A stretch of 26,926 bases of DNA from a virus (lineage: Duplodnaviria > Caudoviricetes): positions 1 through 26,926 of the IMG/VR virus record IMGVR_UViG_3300010244_000003. One strand, written 5' to 3'. Numbering within the stretch: position 1 is the stretch's first letter; every line of letters begins with the position of its first letter. The position numbers were made by a program, and so were the translations under genes. The notes beneath the pieces are model-generated. The model was not told the DNA's origin. It worked only from the letters and a program-made list of their open reading frames with translations, and did no database searches. Of the stretch, positions 6,391 to 15,060 are shown piece after piece.

Positions 6391-8041
6391 TACACCGTGG
6401 ATCATTGGCCCCACCTGGAGCCGGGACGACGAGGGAGACTTCGTGTACCCCGAGCGCACACTGGGCTGGGGAGTCATCAACTGGCTCTACGAGTACGTGC
6501 TCACCCCCGGCGGGCCGAGCGCTGGCCAGCCGTTCCTCCCGACCCTGGAACAGGCACGGTTCATCCTCTGGTGGTACGCCGTGGACGAGAACGGGAGGTT
6601 CGCCTACCGCTCCGGTATCCTCCGGAGAATGAAGGGCTGGGGCAAGGACCCCATCGCTGGGGCGTTGGCTCTGGTGGAGCTGTGCGGGCCGACCGAGTTC
6701 AGTCACTTTGACGAGAACGGGGAGGCGGTTGGCAAGGCCAAGTACGACCCCTGGGTCCAGATCGCCGCCGTCTCCCAGAATCAGACCCGTAACACGTTCA
6801 CGCTGTTCCCGTCGCTGGTGTCCTCGCAGCTGAAGGAGGACTACGGCCTGGAGCTGCACAAGACGATCATCTACGACGGTCGCGGGAAGATGATCGAGGG
6901 TGTTACATCCTCGCCTATGGCGCTGGAGGGTAAGCGCCCGACGTTCGTGATTATGAACGAGACCCAGTGGTGGGTCGAAGCCAACGACGGCAAGGAAATG
7001 GCTCAGGTCATCGAGGGTAACGTGACGAAATCCGCCTACGGGACCTGCCGCAGCCTGAGCATCTGCAACGCCCACGTCCCCGGACAGGATTCGGTGGGCG
7101 AAGCCGACTGGGACGCTTACCAGAAGGTCGCAGCCGGACAGGCGATGGACACCGGCATCCTCTACGACGCGCTGGAGGCACCGTCCGATACTCCGGTCTC
7201 GGAGATCCCGCCGATGGACGAGGACCCCGAGGGGTTCGAGGAAGCCCTGGACAAGCTCCGGGAAGGGCTGAAGGTCGCCCGAGGCGATGCAGTCTGGCTT
7301 GATCCAGAAATCATTGTTTCTTCTATTCTTGACATCAGGAACCCGATCAGCGAGTCCCGGCGTAAGTACCTGAACCAGGTCAACGCCGCCGAGGATTCGT
7401 GGATCAGCCCGAGCGAGTGGGACCGCAACGCCGACAGCATCAAGCTGGAGCCGGGCGAGCGGATCACGCTGGGCTTCGACGGTTCCAAGTCCAACGACCA
7501 CACGGCCCTGGCGGCCTGCCGGATCGAGGACGGAGCGGTGTTCCTGCTGCGTACCTGGGACCCGGAGAAGCGCCCGGACGGGGAGGTTCCCCGCCATGAG
7601 GTGGACGCTGCTGTGCGTTCCGCGTTCGAGCGGTACGACGTGGCGGCGTTCCGGGCCGATGTTCACGAGTTCGAGTCCTACGTGGACGAGTGGGGCCGAG
7701 ACTTCAAGCGCAAGCTGAAGATCAACGCCAGCCCCGGTAACCCGGTCGCATTCGATATGCGCGGGTACAAGAAGAAGTTTGCCCTGGATACCGAGAGGTT
7801 CCTGGACGCTGTGCTGGAAGGCGAGATGGTTCACAACGGAGATCCAACCTTGCGTTGGTACATCCTGAACGCCCACCGGCACCCGACCAACTACGACGCG
7901 GTGACAATCCGCAAGGAGTCGAAGGACTCCAGCCGCAAGATCGACGGCGCTGTGACAGCGATCCTCGCTTTCGGAGCGCGGCAAGAGTACATGCTCAGCA
8001 AGAAGTACCGAGGAAAGGGAAGAGGAGGTGCTATTAGCTAG
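6383..8041 (+). CDS. terL: terminase large subunit
   Basis: Walker A RRMKGWGKD, Walker B-like FVIMNE, nuclease LGFDGSKSND and KIDG motifs. Confidence 0.95.
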   Translation: MSSTPWIIGPTWSRDDEGDFVYPERTLGWGVINWLYEYVLTPGGPSAGQPFLPTLEQARFILWWYAVDENGRFAYRSGILRRMKGWGKDPIAGALALVELCGPTEFSHFDENGEAVGKAKYDPWVQIAAVSQNQTRNTFTLFPSLVSSQLKEDYGLELHKTIIYDGRGKMIEGVTSSPMALEGKRPTFVIMNETQWWVEANDGKEMAQVIEGNVTKSAYGTCRSLSICNAHVPGQDSVGEADWDAYQKVAAGQAMDTGILYDALEAPSDTPVSEIPPMDEDPEGFEEALDKLREGLKVARGDAVWLDPEIIVSSILDIRNPISESRRKYLNQVNAAEDSWISPSEWDRNADSIKLEPGERITLGFDGSKSNDHTALAACRIEDGAVFLLRTWDPEKRPDGEVPRHEVDAAVRSAFERYDVAAFRADVHEFESYVDEWGRDFKRKLKINASPGNPVAFDMRGYKKKFALDTERFLDAVLEGEMVHNGDPTLRWYILNAHRHPTNYDAVTIRKESKDSSRKIDGAVTAILAFGARQEYMLSKKYRGKGRGGAIS

Positions 8042-9471
8042 TGGACGAAGAGCAAGTAGAGATTTCGATTGACGATGCCCTGGACGAGTTCGAGGCCAGC
8101 CAAGGTGGCTTCGATGATGACACGGCCTACTTCAACGCCGAGGAGAGAGACCTCGCGGTGGGCATCGCTACGCCGCCCCAGCTCCGGGATCTGCTGGCCC
8201 TGGTGGGCCTGCCAAGGATCTATGTCAAGGCGATCACAGAGCGACTGATTATCGAGGGATTCCGCATCGGCAGCGACGCGGGAACTGACGAGACGCTGTG
8301 GGCCTGGTTCCGGGCCAACGGCCTGGATACGAAGTCGACGGTAGCGTTCATCGACTCGCTGGTGTACGGGCGGTCCTACGTGACCATCGCCGCACCCGGC
8401 GAGGCGGACAAAGAGAACCCGATGATGGTTCCGGACATCCCGATTATCCGGGTGGAGTCGCCGCTGGCGATGTACGCCAAGAAGGACCCGCGAACCGGGG
8501 AGATCCAGTGGGCTGTCCGGGTGGTGACCAACGAGGACGGCGATCAGATCGCTGCCACGATGTACTACCCCGACCGCACGGTGCTCTACACTTCTGTGGA
8601 GGGCGAGCTGGTGGAGGATCAGACGATCAACCACGGGCTGGGTGTGGTCCCGGTGGTGGACATGACCTACGAGCAGAACCTCACGGACACCTACGGCTCC
8701 AGCATCATCACCTCGGAGATCCGCTCCATCACGGACGCTATGAGCCGGATGCTCATGAACATGCAGATGACCTCGGAGCTTATGGCAACTCCGCAGCGGA
8801 TTCTGTTCGGCACCACGGTGGACGAGATCAACAGCGACAACCGCACCGGCCTGGAGCTGTACACGGCCTCCTACATCGCAGTGGAGGACCCGAACGGCAA
8901 GGCCATGCAGCTTCCGGCTGCTGAGCTTCGGAACTTTACCGAGGCGATCTCGCACATGATGAAAATGGCGTCGGCCTACACGGGGCTGCCTCCGCAGTAC
9001 CTGTCGTTCCAGACCGATAACCCAGCTTCGGCTGAGGCTATCCGATCCTCCGAGACCCGCCTGGTGCGGACGTGCGAGGCTATCGGAGCCCAGTTCGGGG
9101 ATTCCTGGGAGAAGGTCATGCGTATTGCCCTCCTGGTGATGGGCAACCAGTTGACCCTGGACCATTTTCAGATGGAAACCGTGTGGCGGGACCCTGCCAC
9201 CCCGACGTACCAGGCCAAGGCGGATGCCGCCACGAAGCTGTACAACAACGGCCAGGGCATCATCCCGCTGGAGCAGGCCCGCATCGACATGGGCTACACG
9301 CCCGAGCAGCGCAAGCAGATGGAGGAATGGGACCGCCGTTCCCCGCTGGCGCAAATGAGTTCGATGTACGGCTCCATGCCGGAGCCTGAGCCTTCCGGAG
9401 AGGAGGTGAACAATGACCCTGGAGGAACTGGAGAGTCGGACGGCGGAGATAGTCCGCCCGGTAATATCTAG
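8041..9471 (+). CDS. portal protein (SPP1 gp6/L5 gp14-like)
   Basis: YGRSYVT, DNPASAEAI and WRDPATPT motifs; follows terL. Confidence 0.93.
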   Translation: MDEEQVEISIDDALDEFEASQGGFDDDTAYFNAEERDLAVGIATPPQLRDLLALVGLPRIYVKAITERLIIEGFRIGSDAGTDETLWAWFRANGLDTKSTVAFIDSLVYGRSYVTIAAPGEADKENPMMVPDIPIIRVESPLAMYAKKDPRTGEIQWAVRVVTNEDGDQIAATMYYPDRTVLYTSVEGELVEDQTINHGLGVVPVVDMTYEQNLTDTYGSSIITSEIRSITDAMSRMLMNMQMTSELMATPQRILFGTTVDEINSDNRTGLELYTASYIAVEDPNGKAMQLPAAELRNFTEAISHMMKMASAYTGLPPQYLSFQTDNPASAEAIRSSETRLVRTCEAIGAQFGDSWEKVMRIALLVMGNQLTLDHFQMETVWRDPATPTYQAKADAATKLYNNGQGIIPLEQARIDMGYTPEQRKQMEEWDRRSPLAQMSSMYGSMPEPEPSGEEVNNDPGGTGESDGGDSPPGNI

Positions 9472-10279
9472 CGCTGAGACCCTGTTCACCCCGTACATCG
9501 GTATGCGGGTGAGCACGAGCCTGTGGCGCGAGCTGCTGATTCTCCTGTTCTCGATGGTGCAACCGGCATCGGTTAGAGCCGCCGAGGTGTCCAGGGACCA
9601 CTACGACTCCGAGAGGGAGCGGGTGGGACTTCCGCCGCATCCGATTCCGCTGGCCGATCTCACAATCGAGCGGTTCATGAAGGATATGGACGATGTTCGG
9701 CCAATGGTTCAACGGGGTCTGGTCAACCAGAACCAGATCCACGAGGTCGCTCTCCGGGTGGCACGCTCGGTAGAGAACAGCGGTCGCTGGACCGTGATGA
9801 AGGCCACCGACCAGCCGGACCCGGCCCTGGAAGAGGCAGCCAACCGGCTGGAGGTCACAGAGGGAGGCTCCCCGAGACGGGCTAGAGGCCCGAACGGGGT
9901 GAAGGGATGGGCGCGAGTCGCCACCGGCAGAGAAACCTGCGGGTGGTGCTGGATGCTCGTCTCCCGAGGCCCTGTCTACTCCTCCGCAGCCTCAGCTGGC
10001 TCAGCGAGGGGTGAGAGGGATTCCATGCAGATGGTCGGTGCTGGTGAGTTTGCCCCCGCCCAGCACATGCACGCCTGGCACACGGGCTGCGACTGCAAGG
10101 TCGTCCCGGTGTTCGATCTGAACAACTGGGCTGGCAAGGAGCGCTACGAGGCTGCACAGCAGCTCTGGCGCGAAGCGACCAGGGGTTACTCCGGTAAGGG
10201 TGCGATCAACGCATACCGCCGAGCGGTGGAGGCCGGTGGGATTCAGGAAATCCTCAACGGCGACCAGGCCGCAGCGTAA
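9413..10279 (+). CDS. capsid maturation protease / MuF-like head protein (L5 gp15-like)
   Basis: WARVATGRETCGWCWMLVSRGPVY and HTGCDCKVVPV motifs; between portal and scaffold. Confidence 0.85.
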   Translation: MTLEELESRTAEIVRPVISSAETLFTPYIGMRVSTSLWRELLILLFSMVQPASVRAAEVSRDHYDSERERVGLPPHPIPLADLTIERFMKDMDDVRPMVQRGLVNQNQIHEVALRVARSVENSGRWTVMKATDQPDPALEEAANRLEVTEGGSPRRARGPNGVKGWARVATGRETCGWCWMLVSRGPVYSSAASAGSARGERDSMQMVGAGEFAPAQHMHAWHTGCDCKVVPVFDLNNWAGKERYEAAQQLWREATRGYSGKGAINAYRRAVEAGGIQEILNGDQAAA

Positions 10280-10335
10280 AGAAATCAAACAATCATGCCC
10301 GCCGGGTGCGGGCATCAATCGCCCAGGAGGCATTC

Positions 10336-10836
10336 ATGGCAGAGGAAACCAACGACAACCAGGTCACCGACAACGAGCAGCACGAGTACCAGCTGCCGGA
10401 TTGGGCACGGGAGCAGATCTCCAAGGCCAATAACCAGGCAGCCAAGTACAGGACCGAGAAGAACGAAGCCGTCGAGGCGGCAAAGGACGAGGTTACCAAG
10501 TCCTTCGAGTCCAAGATCGAGGATCTGGAATCCAAGATCGCTGAAGCCGAGTCGGAAGGAGCAACCAGCCGCCACGAGGTGGATCGCCTGAAGGTGACCA
10601 TCGAGGCTGGCATCGACTCCGAGAAGGCCCTGGATTTCGCTGATCTCCTGAAGGGGGACAACAAGGACGAACTCCGCTCCCACGCGGAGAATCTGAAAAA
10701 GCTGTTCTCCAATGAGGAGCCTGCCCAGAAGAAGCAAGATGCCACGGACCCGTCACAGGGTAACCACGGCAGCCCCAAGCCCCTGAACGGTGACCCGCTC
10801 CTGAACGCGGTCACCCGGATGGTTAACACTCGATAA
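10336..10836 (+). CDS. scaffolding protein
   Basis: Start moved to ATG 10336 after AGGAGG; LPDWAR, AAKYR, acidic coiled coil, DPSQG and LNGDPLL C-terminus. Confidence 0.88.
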   Translation: MAEETNDNQVTDNEQHEYQLPDWAREQISKANNQAAKYRTEKNEAVEAAKDEVTKSFESKIEDLESKIAEAESEGATSRHEVDRLKVTIEAGIDSEKALDFADLLKGDNKDELRSHAENLKKLFSNEEPAQKKQDATDPSQGNHGSPKPLNGDPLLNAVTRMVNTR

Positions 10837-10851
10837 GGAGAAAGATTCAAC

Positions 10852-11781
10852 ATGGCTATTGATCCCAGCCAGTACGCAGGTACTTCCGATTTCAAGGGGT
10901 TCCTGAACCCCGAAATGGCCGCACCCATCTTCGAGGAGATGACCCGGCAGTCCATCGTCCAGCCCCTGGCTCAGAAGGTCCAGATGGGTCCGACCGGCAT
11001 CACCGTTCCGTACTGGGACGGCGACGTGACGGCCAACTGGGTCGATGAAGGCGGCAAGAAGCCGCTGACCAAGGGCGGCTTCGATCAGTTCGGTATGGAA
11101 CCGAAGAAGATCGCCACCATCTTCGCAATGTCCGCCGAGGTTGTTCGTGCGAACCCGCAGAACTACATCAACGTCATGCGGACCAAGGTTGCAGAGTCCT
11201 TCGCTAAGGCGTTTGACGAGGCAGCCCTGCACGGCACCAACACCCCGTTCGGTGCCTACGTGGATCAGACCACGAAGTCCACCTCCCTGATCCCGGCAGC
11301 CGGAGCCGACGGCGAGACCACGACCCCGAACGCCTACACCGCCGTGAACAACGGCCTGTCCCTCCTGGTCAACGACGGTAAGAAGTACACCGGCGGCCTC
11401 CTGGACACGATCACCGAGCCGATCATCAACGACTCCGTTGACAAGAACGGTCGCCCGCTGTTCATCGAGCCGACCTACACCGATACCAACTCCCTGACCC
11501 GCACGGGCCGCATCCTTGGCCGCCCGGCCACCATCGCGGACGAGGTTGCTCAAGACGGCACCGTGGGTTACCTCGGTGACTTCTCCAAGATCCTGTGGGG
11601 CCAGATCGGCGGCATCACCTACGACGTTTCCGACCAGGCGACCCTGGATCTGTCCTCCGCCCAGGATGGCTCGGGACTGACCTCGCTCTGGCAGCACAAC
11701 CTTGTCGCTGTCCGTTGCGAGGCTGAGTTCTCCATCCGCGTCCACGACGCTGAGGCATTCGTCAAGGTCACCAACAACTAA
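10852..11781 (+). CDS. major capsid protein (HK97 fold)
   Basis: WVDEGGKKP, PKKIATIF, EVVRANP and SLWQHNLVAVR motifs. Confidence 0.95.
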   Translation: MAIDPSQYAGTSDFKGFLNPEMAAPIFEEMTRQSIVQPLAQKVQMGPTGITVPYWDGDVTANWVDEGGKKPLTKGGFDQFGMEPKKIATIFAMSAEVVRANPQNYINVMRTKVAESFAKAFDEAALHGTNTPFGAYVDQTTKSTSLIPAAGADGETTTPNAYTAVNNGLSLLVNDGKKYTGGLLDTITEPIINDSVDKNGRPLFIEPTYTDTNSLTRTGRILGRPATIADEVAQDGTVGYLGDFSKILWGQIGGITYDVSDQATLDLSSAQDGSGLTSLWQHNLVAVRCEAEFSIRVHDAEAFVKVTNN

Positions 11782-11792
11782 GGAGCAAGAGC

Positions 11793-11939
11793 ATGACAGT
11801 CAAGCTAAAGAGCAAGACCAACGAGGGCCGGGTGGAAGTCTCCGACGAGCTCTCCGAGAAGCTTCTCGCTTCCGGCCTCTGGGAGAAGGAGGGCGCGAAG
11901 AGCACCCGTAAGCAGGGGACCAAGACCGAAGGAGAGTAA
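11793..11939 (+). CDS. 48-aa small head-region protein (MTVKLKSKTNEGRVEVSDELSEKLLASGLWEK...), missing from ORF track
   Basis: SD AAGGAG, ATG 11793, TAA 11937-11939 abutting the next ATG; fills the gap exactly. Confidence 0.8.
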   Translation: MTVKLKSKTNEGRVEVSDELSEKLLASGLWEKEGAKSTRKQGTKTEGE

Positions 11940-12320
11940 ATGAGTCTAGCGACCTTCGAGGATGTCCAGGACCGATACTATCGGGAGCTTACGCCGGAGG
12001 ATCGCAGGCTCGTTGAGACCCGACTGAAGGATGCCGAGGAGAAGATTCGGCTGACGATCCAGGACCTGGACTACCAGATCGAGCAGAATCCGGCCCTGGC
12101 CGACACCGTTATCCGGGTGACCTCGGATGCGGTGATCCGGCTGATCCAGAACCCCGAGGGCTACACCTCGGAGTCGGACGGCAACTACTCCTACGAGCTT
12201 CAGAGGGATCTGGCTCGGGGGAAGTTGTCGATCACCGATGAAGAGTGGGCCGACCTCGGCATCCGCAAGAAGATCACCGTGATCCACATGGCCCCGGAGA
12301 GGCCCAGTGGTATGGCATGA
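11940..12320 (+). CDS. head-to-tail adaptor
   Basis: RLIQNPEGYTSESDGNYSY and ITDEEWADLG motifs; position after capsid. Confidence 0.88.
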   Translation: MSLATFEDVQDRYYRELTPEDRRLVETRLKDAEEKIRLTIQDLDYQIEQNPALADTVIRVTSDAVIRLIQNPEGYTSESDGNYSYELQRDLARGKLSITDEEWADLGIRKKITVIHMAPERPSGMA

Positions 12321-12673
12321 GTCTACTTGACCGTGGTAACGCTGATCTTCTCCTGTACCCGGAGGAGGTCACCGAGGACATGGACGGCAACATCCGGACC
12401 CAGGCTTCGGATACCCCGATCCCGATCCGGGCGTATCTCTGGGTGATGAATCAGTCGGGCACGGCCTCCCGCCGGGCCGAGCAGGACAACGAGGGTTTCG
12501 CTATCGAGAAGGTGCTGAGCATGCGGCCCGTCCGCAGAGACCAGCACCACGAGATCGGAGCCCAGGCAAAGGTTCAGTGGGGCGACGAGATGTACTCGGT
12601 GTTCGGTGAGGTTTCCCGGTACAACATGTCGCCGCACACCACCCACTACGTCTACATGCTCCGGAGGACCTGA
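12317..12673 (+). CDS. head-to-tail stopper
   Basis: Start at ATGA overlap 12317; MSLLD..., DMDGNIRT, SGTASRRAEQDNEG motifs as in cluster A-type stoppers. Confidence 0.8.
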   Translation: MSLLDRGNADLLLYPEEVTEDMDGNIRTQASDTPIPIRAYLWVMNQSGTASRRAEQDNEGFAIEKVLSMRPVRRDQHHEIGAQAKVQWGDEMYSVFGEVSRYNMSPHTTHYVYMLRRT

Positions 12674-12984
12674 TGCCCAAGCTGACATGGTACGGGAATA
12701 GGGCCCACACGCACCGGCTGGTTGTTCGCCAGCCGGGTGTTCACCGGGTGAACGTGGAGAAGGCAGAGAGCATCGCTGAGAAGGCGGAAGGGTTCCTGGC
12801 TCCGCACCACGCTAGTAACGCCGACGAACGAGACCCCGGCGATTCGATCTCCCGCATCGAGGTCACCGAGGGCAACGTCGATGCGTTCGCCAGCCTGGTG
12901 GACGCGGACGGTGGTGCCGCCGCTATCGAGTACTACCTGAACCCGCTGAAGAAGGCGGCTGGATTGGAGGCTTCCGGTGGATAG
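12673..12984 (+). CDS. head-tail connector region protein
   Basis: TGATG coupling; AAAIEY motif; synteny. Confidence 0.7.
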   Translation: MPKLTWYGNRAHTHRLVVRQPGVHRVNVEKAESIAEKAEGFLAPHHASNADERDPGDSISRIEVTEGNVDAFASLVDADGGAAAIEYYLNPLKKAAGLEASGG

Positions 12985-13387
12985 ATTCCCCCGAGTACAG
13001 GAGGTGGTACTCCCGATTCTACGGGAGGGGCTGCCGGAGGCCCAGGTGTCCAGCTGGGTGCCGGACATCGACTACCGGGACTACCCCGTCGTCAACGTCC
13101 GGCGGCTCGGCGGATTCCGGGACCGTTCGCGGCCCGGGATGCTGGATCATCCGGTGATCGAGTTGACCGTGTACCACAGCGTGGGTCTCCCCGAGGGAGA
13201 GGCGCTGTACACCCGGGCACTGGAGGTCCTGATGAAGGCCCAGCAGGAGCAGCGGGTGGTTGACAACGGTTACATCTCCTATACCAGGGAAACGATGGGC
13301 ATGACCCAGTTCTCTTCCCCGTTCCAGGACACCTACCGAGTGCAAGGACTCATTCAACTGGGCGTTCGAGCGCCCCGAAAGGAATAA
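12977..13387 (+). CDS. tail terminator
   Basis: PRVQEVVLPILR, VRRLGG, ETMGMTQFSSPFQDTYRVQGLIQLGVR motifs; precedes major tail protein. Confidence 0.85.
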   Translation: MDRFPRVQEVVLPILREGLPEAQVSSWVPDIDYRDYPVVNVRRLGGFRDRSRPGMLDHPVIELTVYHSVGLPEGEALYTRALEVLMKAQQEQRVVDNGYISYTRETMGMTQFSSPFQDTYRVQGLIQLGVRAPRKE

Positions 13388-13390
13388 CAC

Positions 13391-14221
13391 ATGGCAATGA
13401 ACGATAACGCGGTCTTTACCGCGTCCACCGGCTACGTCTACAAGGCGGAGCCGGGCACCGCGGCTGTCACCCCGAAGCAGCTGGCTAACTTCGACCCGGA
13501 GACCTTCGGCTCCCACGCCTACGAGGTCCTGGTCACCGGCCCCTTCACCCTGAGCGTGGACGAGGCCGCTACCCCGGAGCAGGACGCTGAATCGTCCGCC
13601 GCTGAGATCCAGGCCGCCCTCCAGAACCTGGAAACCGTCGGCAACGCAAACGTCGTGGTCGCCGCCAACGACGGGGAGGGTTCCTTCTCCGTCCACTTTG
13701 TTGGCGATCTCTTCGGTTCCGAGGTCATCCTGGCCGCTGGTGCCGAGGGCGGTGCAACGGTCTCCGAGACCGCTAAGCCGCTTGGCTGGGAGCCGGTCGG
13801 CCACACCGCCGAAGATGAACTTCCGGAGTTCGGCTACGAGGGCGGCGAGTCCGAGAGCCGGGGTACCTGGCAGAAGAAGAACCTCCGCCAGGTTTCCACC
13901 GAGAACCCGGTGGACTACGTGACCATTCGAGCCCAGCAGTTCGATATGGACACCCTGGAGCTGTACTACGGCAAGAACGCCTCCACCGCCGCCAACGTGT
14001 TCGGCGTGGAAGATCCCTCCTCCGCTGGAGTGGATAAGGCGTTCATGATCGTGATGATCGACGGCGATTTCAAGATCGCCTTCTCGGCAGCCAAGGCCAC
14101 CGTTGGCCGCGAGGAGTCCATCTCCCTGGAGTCGGACAGCTTCGCCACCCTCCCGCTTCGCGCCACGTTCGTGAAGCACCCGGGCCGCCACCTGTTCGAG
14201 TGGACCCTGCCCGAGGCGTAA
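13391..14221 (+). CDS. major tail protein with internal extra domain
   Basis: MAMNDNAVFTASTGYVY, GWEPVGHT...LPEFGYEGG and GTWQKKNLR are L5 gp23-type motifs. Confidence 0.92.
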   Translation: MAMNDNAVFTASTGYVYKAEPGTAAVTPKQLANFDPETFGSHAYEVLVTGPFTLSVDEAATPEQDAESSAAEIQAALQNLETVGNANVVVAANDGEGSFSVHFVGDLFGSEVILAAGAEGGATVSETAKPLGWEPVGHTAEDELPEFGYEGGESESRGTWQKKNLRQVSTENPVDYVTIRAQQFDMDTLELYYGKNASTAANVFGVEDPSSAGVDKAFMIVMIDGDFKIAFSAAKATVGREESISLESDSFATLPLRATFVKHPGRHLFEWTLPEA

Positions 14222-14226
14222 GCCTC

Positions 14227-14319
14227 CGGGGCCCTGGTTACTTGGTAGGTCGGCCAGGGCCCCGCAACACCCAGACCTACACCAATCTTTCACACACTAC
14301 TGAATAGGAGACCTACCAA
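14227..14319 (+). promoter_or_regulatory. hairpin whose loop is complementary to the tail chaperone translation start (putative pseudoknot)
   Basis: 13-bp stem 14227-14239/14252-14264; loop TTGGTAGGTC is the exact reverse complement of GACCTACCAA at 14310-14319. Confidence 0.6.
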
Positions 14320-14675
14320 TGGCTACCTTCACCCTGAACGACCTCCGCAACGAGGTTTCCAAGAAGTACGCACCCACCGTTATCGAGAACGGCAAGGACA
14401 CCTACACCCTCCAGAACATGCTCCAGCTGCCGACCAAGAAGCGCAAGGAGGTCATGGAGCTGGTCGATTCCGTCGGTGGAGATGACGAGGGGGGCTCATC
14501 CATCGAGGATCAGCTGGAGATCTTCCGCAAGATCATCATTGCCGCCGAGGAGGACGACAAGGGCGATGAGCTGCTGGAACTGCTCGGTGACAACACCGCG
14601 ATGATCTACGAGGTCGTTTCCAGCTGGATGGAGACCACCCAGCTGGGGGAAGCCGGGTCCTCCTCCGAGCAGTAG
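14319..14675 (+). CDS. tail assembly chaperone (G)
   Basis: FTLNDLRNEVSKKYAP N-terminus, TQLGEA end with GGGGGAA slippery site; between MTP and TMP. Confidence 0.9.
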   Translation: MATFTLNDLRNEVSKKYAPTVIENGKDTYTLQNMLQLPTKKRKEVMELVDSVGGDDEGGSSIEDQLEIFRKIIIAAEEDDKGDELLELLGDNTAMIYEVVSSWMETTQLGEAGSSSEQ

Positions 14676-15058
14676 AGACTGCGGGGGAGTACCTGTACTC
14701 GGATCTCCTCCGGGATTACGGGGTGGACCTCCGGGACCTGTTCTCGGAGGATGACCCTCTCACTCCGAAGCGGGCAGTCGCTCTGATCGAGGGTCTGCCC
14801 CCGGAGAGTCGGACAGCGGCTATTCTCCGGGAGGACGAAGAGAGTTACGGGTGGAAAACATCCGACTACCTCCTTGCTGCTATAGCCAACTCCGTCCGAG
14901 AGGGCACCTTCGTGAACATGCAGGTCCGGACGAAGAAGAAGCTCACACCGATTGAACCCATCGAGGTTCCGGGCGTTAAGAAGCAGAAGAAGCAGAAGAA
15001 GGCCAACAAGTTCGTGCAAATGGCACAGGCCCAGTTGGCTAAGCAACAAAGGAGTTAG
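14319..15058 (+). CDS. tail assembly chaperone GT fusion via -1 programmed frameshift at GGGGGAA 14645-14651 (~246 aa)
   Basis: -1 frame is open from the slip site (GSRVLLRAVETAGEYLYSDLLRDYGVDLRDLF...) to stop 15058; ORF 14723..15058 is its C-terminal part. Confidence 0.85.
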
Positions 15059-15060
15059 GT

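Noticed and set aside
6943-6961. Terminase Walker B reads NE rather than DE
   Set aside because: This variant is usual in L5-type terminases and is not evidence of inactivation
6344-9516. 546-aa and 492-aa minus-strand ORFs
   Set aside because: Antisense to terL and portal, with composition typical of shadow frames
13019-14293. 424-aa minus-strand ORF
   Set aside because: Shadow of tail terminator and major tail genes
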